DNA from: Candidatus Bathyarchaeota archaeon
Lineage (GTDB): Archaea > Thermoproteota > Bathyarchaeia > Bathyarchaeales > Bathycorpusculaceae
NCBI GenBank assembly: GCA_963739305.1
Contig: CAVTZU010000011.1
Coordinates: 1-64,000, forward strand
Direction: 5' to 3'
Length of the DNA: 64,000 nt
Shown: in pieces, positions 59,501 through 64,000 of the stretch
Numbering within the stretch: the stretch's first letter is position 1
How the letters are laid out: every line of letters starts with the position of its first letter
The notes under the pieces: model-generated
What the model was told of the DNA's origin: nothing
The model's input: the letters and a program-made list of their open reading frames with translations, nothing else
Database searches by the model: none
Translations under genes and position numbers: made by a program

Positions 59501-60258
59501 TGTTGATGGAAGGCAACGTTGAGAAATACCTTCTCGGCAAGATTGAGTCCGAAGGCTCTATTCATATAACGCTTATAGATCCCGAGGAGGTCACTCCTCC
59601 ACAGGCATCAAAGATTGCTCGTAGAGCAAGAGCAAGTGAAACCTCCGCCATTATGATCGGAGGTTCGACGTTTGTGTCTTCGGCTCATTTAGACGACGTT
59701 GTTAAGACTGTTAAGCGGACCGTGAAGATTCCGATTATCCTTTTCCCTAACAATGTTACGGGAATCAGTCGGTACGCGGACGCCATCTGGTTTATGTCGC
59801 TCTTGAACTCGGTCGATCCATACTTTATTATGGGGGCTCAGATTCTAGGTGCGCCGCTTGTAAGGAAGTACGGTTTGGAGCCTCTTCCAATGGGGTACAT
59901 CATCGTGGGCGAAGGCGGCACAGCTGGTGTGGTTGGCAAGGCTATTCCGATTCCACACAATAAACCCGAGTTGGCGGCCGCACATGCCTTGGCAGGACAG
60001 TACTTGGGCATGCGGTTCATCTATTTGGAAGCTGGATCCGGTGCGAAGAATCCTGTTTCTCCAGACATGATCAGAACTGTAAAACGTTGTATTGATGTTC
60101 CTTTGATCGTTGGCGGCGGCATAAGGTCCAGGGAGCAAGCCTTGGCTGCAGCATCGGCAGGCGCGGACGTAATCGTTACTGGAAACGTGGTTGAAGAAAC
60201 AGGGATCAGACGAAAGGTCTCAGAGATCATTGAAGGCATAAGGCGCGGAAGAACGTAG
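59497..60258 (+). CDS. Geranylgeranylglyceryl phosphate synthase
   Basis: LIDPE, MIGGST, YLEAGSGA, VGGGIR, VTGN. Confidence 0.93.
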   Translation: MMLMEGNVEKYLLGKIESEGSIHITLIDPEEVTPPQASKIARRARASETSAIMIGGSTFVSSAHLDDVVKTVKRTVKIPIILFPNNVTGISRYADAIWFMSLLNSVDPYFIMGAQILGAPLVRKYGLEPLPMGYIIVGEGGTAGVVGKAIPIPHNKPELAAAHALAGQYLGMRFIYLEAGSGAKNPVSPDMIRTVKRCIDVPLIVGGGIRSREQALAAASAGADVIVTGNVVEETGIRRKVSEIIEGIRRGRT

Positions 60259-60371
60259 AAGACTGCCGCCCTGTTTTGTGTACAAATCAAATGTGCCAGA
60301 AGATCTCCTAGACTTTTCTTTTGATTTGTTTCTGTTAGAATACAGAAATAAGCTGGATCAACGAAAAGGAG

Positions 60372-63300
60372 GTGTCGCGAGTGGGAGAATTGAACCATCG
60401 GATGAGCGAAGGCTATAGGCAGTACGTTGAAAGCCTCGAAGCCCGTTTTGCTGAACTGTACAGTCTCAGCGAGAAGGCACGGAGGAAAGGGTTAGATCCT
60501 TCGCTCACGCCGGAGAGCAAAATCGCAAAGGACCTTGCAGACCTGGTGGAGGGGCTCGTGGGTCCCAAAGGCGTCGCAGAGAGCATCAGAGAATTGAGTA
60601 CGAAGCTTCCGCGAGAAGAATTGGCTTTCAAAGTAACAGAAGAGATTGTGTACGGCAAGTTCGGGCACATGGAGGAGGAGGTGGCCGCGGAGCAGGCAAT
60701 TCGAACTGCATTGGCGATTTTCACTGAGGGGTTGACGGCCGCCCCTATACAGGGCGTCGCTAAAGTTAAGATAAAAGTGAATAGTGACCGGTCGCGTTAC
60801 CTTGCTATCTACTTCGCGGGACCGATTAGGTCGGCGGGGGGCACCGATCAAGCCTTGACGTTGGTAGTAGGCGATTTTGTACGCCGGCTTCTGGGGCTCG
60901 ACCGTTATAAACCAACGGAGCAGGAGATTTTACGGTTTGTTGAAGAGTTACGAATCTACGAACGCTCTTCTGGGATGCATTTTCAGTATCACATATCAGA
61001 TGAAGAACTGAAGAAGACTCTTCAATGCTTGCCAGTGGAAGTGACAGGCACGGAGTCGGATCCCATCGAGGTTTCTACGTTCAGAAACCTGCCACGAATA
61101 GAAACCAACCGCGTAAGGGGTGGGGCGCTCAGAGTTGTTAACGACGGGATCATTGGGAGAGCTCCCAAAGTCCGGACAATAATCGAGAAGCTTGGGTTTC
61201 AAGAGTGGGAGTGGCTTAAGGACGTTCGGGGCAAGTCCGGGAAGAAATCGGACGGGTTCATGGATGACGTTATAGCTGGTCGCCCAGTTTTCTCGTTCTC
61301 ATCCAGGCGAGGAGGGTTCCGGTTGAGGTATGGAAGGGCAAGGAACACGGGGTTGTCTGCCGTAGGCATTCACCCAGCAACGATGCTCGTGTTGAAGGGA
61401 TTTCTAGCTGGCGGAACCCAGATGCGCATGGAGCTTCCAGGAAAGGGCGGAATCTCGGTTCCTGTTGACGCCATAGACGGTCCAGTAGTCCGATTGAAGG
61501 ACGGTTCGGTTGTCCGAGTTTCGACCGAGAATTATAACGAGATCAAAGACAAGGTCGAGAAGATTCTGTTCTTAGGAGACATGCTGATAAGCTTTGGAGA
61601 TTTTCTCTACAACAGCAAGATCTTGCCGCCGTCGGGGTACGTTGAAGAGTGGTGGGTTCAAGAGGTGCGAAAAGCGATCGCAGAAAGGTGCGACGGAAAA
61701 CTTGAAACTGCCGCGGCAAGCATTGGTCTTTCTGCTGAAAGATTAAGAAGCTTCTTCAACAACCCCTATGACAACAGGCCCAACTTCAAAGAAGCCGTTG
61801 GGCTATCATTAGGACTGCACGTCCCAATGCATCCAGCTTACACGTTCTGCTGGTCAAATCTGCTCTCACTTGAGCAGTTAGAGAAAACGAGAACGTGGTT
61901 GTTGACGTCTGAGGTTCAAGCGGAAGACCGATTTGCCACGAAAGTAGTTGGGGAACTAAATGGAGACGTCAAACGAAGTCTAGAGTTGATAGGGCTTCCT
62001 CACAAGGTGATCGAGGGCAAGGTCATAATTCAAGGCGACGATGCAGCTGCCTTTGCACTGTGTTTAGGCTACGGAACCGCCCCAGAGTTAAGTCCGTCAA
62101 CAGCAAAGACAGTTCTGGAAGCAGTAAACTCTCTTTCGGGCCTGCAGATCAGGGACAAGGCTCCGACGTCGGTTGGCGCCCGCATGGGCAGACCTGAAAA
62201 GGCCAAGAGACGCGAGATGAAACCGTTGGTCCATGCACTTTTCCCGGTCGGTTTGGCTGGGGGCTCTCAGAGGGACATTGTTGAAGCCGCAAAACACGGA
62301 CCTACTTTCGTTGAGATCACGAAGCGGAAGTGCCCAGACTGCAAAACTTACACCTCACGCGTCAAGTGCCCCTCCTGCGGTTCTGAAACCATTCCTGAGA
62401 AGACGTGCCGAAAATGCGGAAAGAGCCTGAAAGACGATGAGTGCCCAACCTGTGGGATTCCAGCCATCAAGTTCCAGAAGCAAGTGATCAACTTCAAAGA
62501 ATCCCTTGAAAACGCCTGCAATGGCCTCGCCGTCTCAATGCCAAAAATCTTGAAAGGGGTCAAGGGGCTTACAAACGAGACCAAAACACCCGAAATCTTC
62601 GAAAAAGGGGTCCTTCGGGCTAAGCATGATTTGTCAGTTTACAAGGATGGAACAATAAGGTTCGACGCAACCAACGCGCCGCTAACGCATTTCAAACCAG
62701 CTGAGATTGGAGTTCCGGTCAGTAAGCTGAGAGAACTGGGGTACACGAGTGACGTTCATGGCGTGACCCTTACGGATGCAAATCAGATCTGTGAACTCAA
62801 GCTTCAAGACGTGGTGATCCCGGCGAAGGCAGCAGAATACTTCATCAAAGTGGCGGATTTTGTGGACGAACTGATGTCAAAGGTGTATGAGCTTCCTCCG
62901 TACTACCACATCAAGCTACCTGGAGACTTGGTGGGGCATCTAGTGTTCGGGTTGGCTCCGCACACTTGCGTTGGAATCCTTGGGCGTGTAATCGGCTTCA
63001 CCAACCTTAACCTCTGTTATGCCCATCCAGTGTGGCAGTCCGCTAAGAGAAGAGACTGCGACGGTGATGAAGACGCGCTGATTCTCGGGTTGGATGCGCT
63101 CTTGAACTTCTCCCGTGTATACCTGCCTGCACAAATCGGCGGGATAATGGATGCTCCACTTCTGCTCACTCCCGTCGTAAATACGAAAGAAGTTCAAAGA
63201 CAAGCTCACGACTTCGACGTTGCAGAATCTTATCCTCTTGAGTTTTATGAGAAGACTTGGCAAAAAACAGATGCACGGCAGGCGAGCCTATTGATTGATC

Positions 63301-63809
63301 TTATTGAATGTCGTCTAGGAACGGAAGCCCAGTTCGAAGGCTTCAACTTCACAACTGCTGTTTCCGATATCAACAAGTGCAACGCTGAAAGCGCGTATAA
63401 AAAGTTCAAAACTATGACCGACAAGTTGGACGGTCAGATGGATCTGGCTGAAAAGATCGATGCGGTAGATGCTAGCAAGGTGGCTCTCAAGGTTTTGAAG
63501 ACGCATTTTATGCCGGATATCGCGGGAAACCTGCGGGCTTTCTCGACCCAAGGCTTCAGGTGCAAAACGTGCAACCGCAAGTTCCGACGTTTGCCGCTCC
63601 GCGGGAAGTGTCCTTCATGTGGTGGTGAACTGTCCCTGACTGTTTACCGTGGTGGCATAGAGAAATATCTGGAGGCAGCAGGAAAGCTCGTTGAAAAATA
63701 CGGCTTGCCTAATTACTATTCCCAACGGATTGCTCTCGTTAGGGAGGAGATAGACGCCTTATTCGACGGAAAGAAGCCGAAACAAATTAGCTTGACCGAC
63801 TTTGCTTAA
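60372..63809 (+). CDS. polC: DNA polymerase D large subunit DP2, no intein
   Basis: AGPIRSAGGT, GGFRLRYGR, GARMGRPEKAK, KRRDCDGDED; zinc fingers; C-terminal PIP-like QISLTDF. Confidence 0.97.
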   Translation: MSRVGELNHRMSEGYRQYVESLEARFAELYSLSEKARRKGLDPSLTPESKIAKDLADLVEGLVGPKGVAESIRELSTKLPREELAFKVTEEIVYGKFGHMEEEVAAEQAIRTALAIFTEGLTAAPIQGVAKVKIKVNSDRSRYLAIYFAGPIRSAGGTDQALTLVVGDFVRRLLGLDRYKPTEQEILRFVEELRIYERSSGMHFQYHISDEELKKTLQCLPVEVTGTESDPIEVSTFRNLPRIETNRVRGGALRVVNDGIIGRAPKVRTIIEKLGFQEWEWLKDVRGKSGKKSDGFMDDVIAGRPVFSFSSRRGGFRLRYGRARNTGLSAVGIHPATMLVLKGFLAGGTQMRMELPGKGGISVPVDAIDGPVVRLKDGSVVRVSTENYNEIKDKVEKILFLGDMLISFGDFLYNSKILPPSGYVEEWWVQEVRKAIAERCDGKLETAAASIGLSAERLRSFFNNPYDNRPNFKEAVGLSLGLHVPMHPAYTFCWSNLLSLEQLEKTRTWLLTSEVQAEDRFATKVVGELNGDVKRSLELIGLPHKVIEGKVIIQGDDAAAFALCLGYGTAPELSPSTAKTVLEAVNSLSGLQIRDKAPTSVGARMGRPEKAKRREMKPLVHALFPVGLAGGSQRDIVEAAKHGPTFVEITKRKCPDCKTYTSRVKCPSCGSETIPEKTCRKCGKSLKDDECPTCGIPAIKFQKQVINFKESLENACNGLAVSMPKILKGVKGLTNETKTPEIFEKGVLRAKHDLSVYKDGTIRFDATNAPLTHFKPAEIGVPVSKLRELGYTSDVHGVTLTDANQICELKLQDVVIPAKAAEYFIKVADFVDELMSKVYELPPYYHIKLPGDLVGHLVFGLAPHTCVGILGRVIGFTNLNLCYAHPVWQSAKRRDCDGDEDALILGLDALLNFSRVYLPAQIGGIMDAPLLLTPVVNTKEVQRQAHDFDVAESYPLEFYEKTWQKTDARQASLLIDLIECRLGTEAQFEGFNFTTAVSDINKCNAESAYKKFKTMTDKLDGQMDLAEKIDAVDASKVALKVLKTHFMPDIAGNLRAFSTQGFRCKTCNRKFRRLPLRGKCPSCGGELSLTVYRGGIEKYLEAAGKLVEKYGLPNYYSQRIALVREEIDALFDGKKPKQISLTDFA

Positions 63810-63852
63810 CAAGACTTTTCTATATAAACAGCTAAACACGATATGAACTGGC

Positions 63853-64000
63853 ATGGTCAAGGAGATCTATCATCCAAACGCCTACCTGTCACGCGTCAAG
63901 AACGTTAGCCGCGGCCTGAAGGCAAGAACCGAGATACTGAATTCTCTGGAGAAGACAATCGGCGACGCCAAAGCAGTGGCGACGCAATCAGGGTTGACGT
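63853..64000 (+). CDS. Partial ORF, probable ArsR-like wHTH protein, runs off the window
   Basis: MVKEIYHPNAYLSRVKNVSRGLKARTEILNSL...; TATA-like TATATAAA upstream. Confidence 0.6.
   Translation, partial: MVKEIYHPNAYLSRVKNVSRGLKARTEILNSLEKTIGDAKAVATQSGLT

Noticed and set aside
60372-63809. Inteins in DP2 or Cdc6
   Set aside because: Lengths are normal and no intein splice motifs interrupt the conserved blocks.
1-64000. CRISPR array, cas genes, transposases, integrases, rRNA
   Set aside because: No regularly spaced 25-40 bp repeats and no recognisable motifs for these were seen.

Overview
Archaeal chromosomal window. It is most likely Bathyarchaeia (TACK), inferred from PolD DP1/DP2, Orc1/Cdc6, Elf1, class I LysRS, Fae-Hps, GGGP synthase, PEF-CTERM beta-helix proteins and a cohesin/dockerin protein. 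Bases 1-15.3 kb are accessory-like: secreted and surface proteins, a decayed tRNA-Leu fragment and recurrent (GC)n motifs at gene ends, around a nurA-herA-mre11-rad50 cluster. Bases 15.6-52 kb are mostly housekeeping: lysS, tmk, metK, ahcY, ribosomal proteins, eIF2-gamma, rpo7/spt4, tRNA-Glu and an intron-containing tRNA-Ser. Bases 51-64 kb form a replication locus: DP1, cdc6, an ORB-containing origin where strand skew flips, and DP2. Two signals stand out. (1) Directly beside the origin sit three HTH genes, one encoding a membrane anchor + coiled coil + winged helix, interleaved with two dense non-coding arrays of about 26 GTGAY/RTCAC half-sites. This is a candidate origin-tethering/segregation system. 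(2) A Fae-Hps enzyme carries an extra N-terminal HTH, and its promoter and 5' coding region hold nine CCGACA/TGTCGG sites, a candidate self-regulating formaldehyde enzyme. Several frameshifts (rad50, mre11, matrixin, tmk, M32 peptidase) look like assembly indels. All family calls come from motif recognition by eye, with no database searches, and motif counts are manual.
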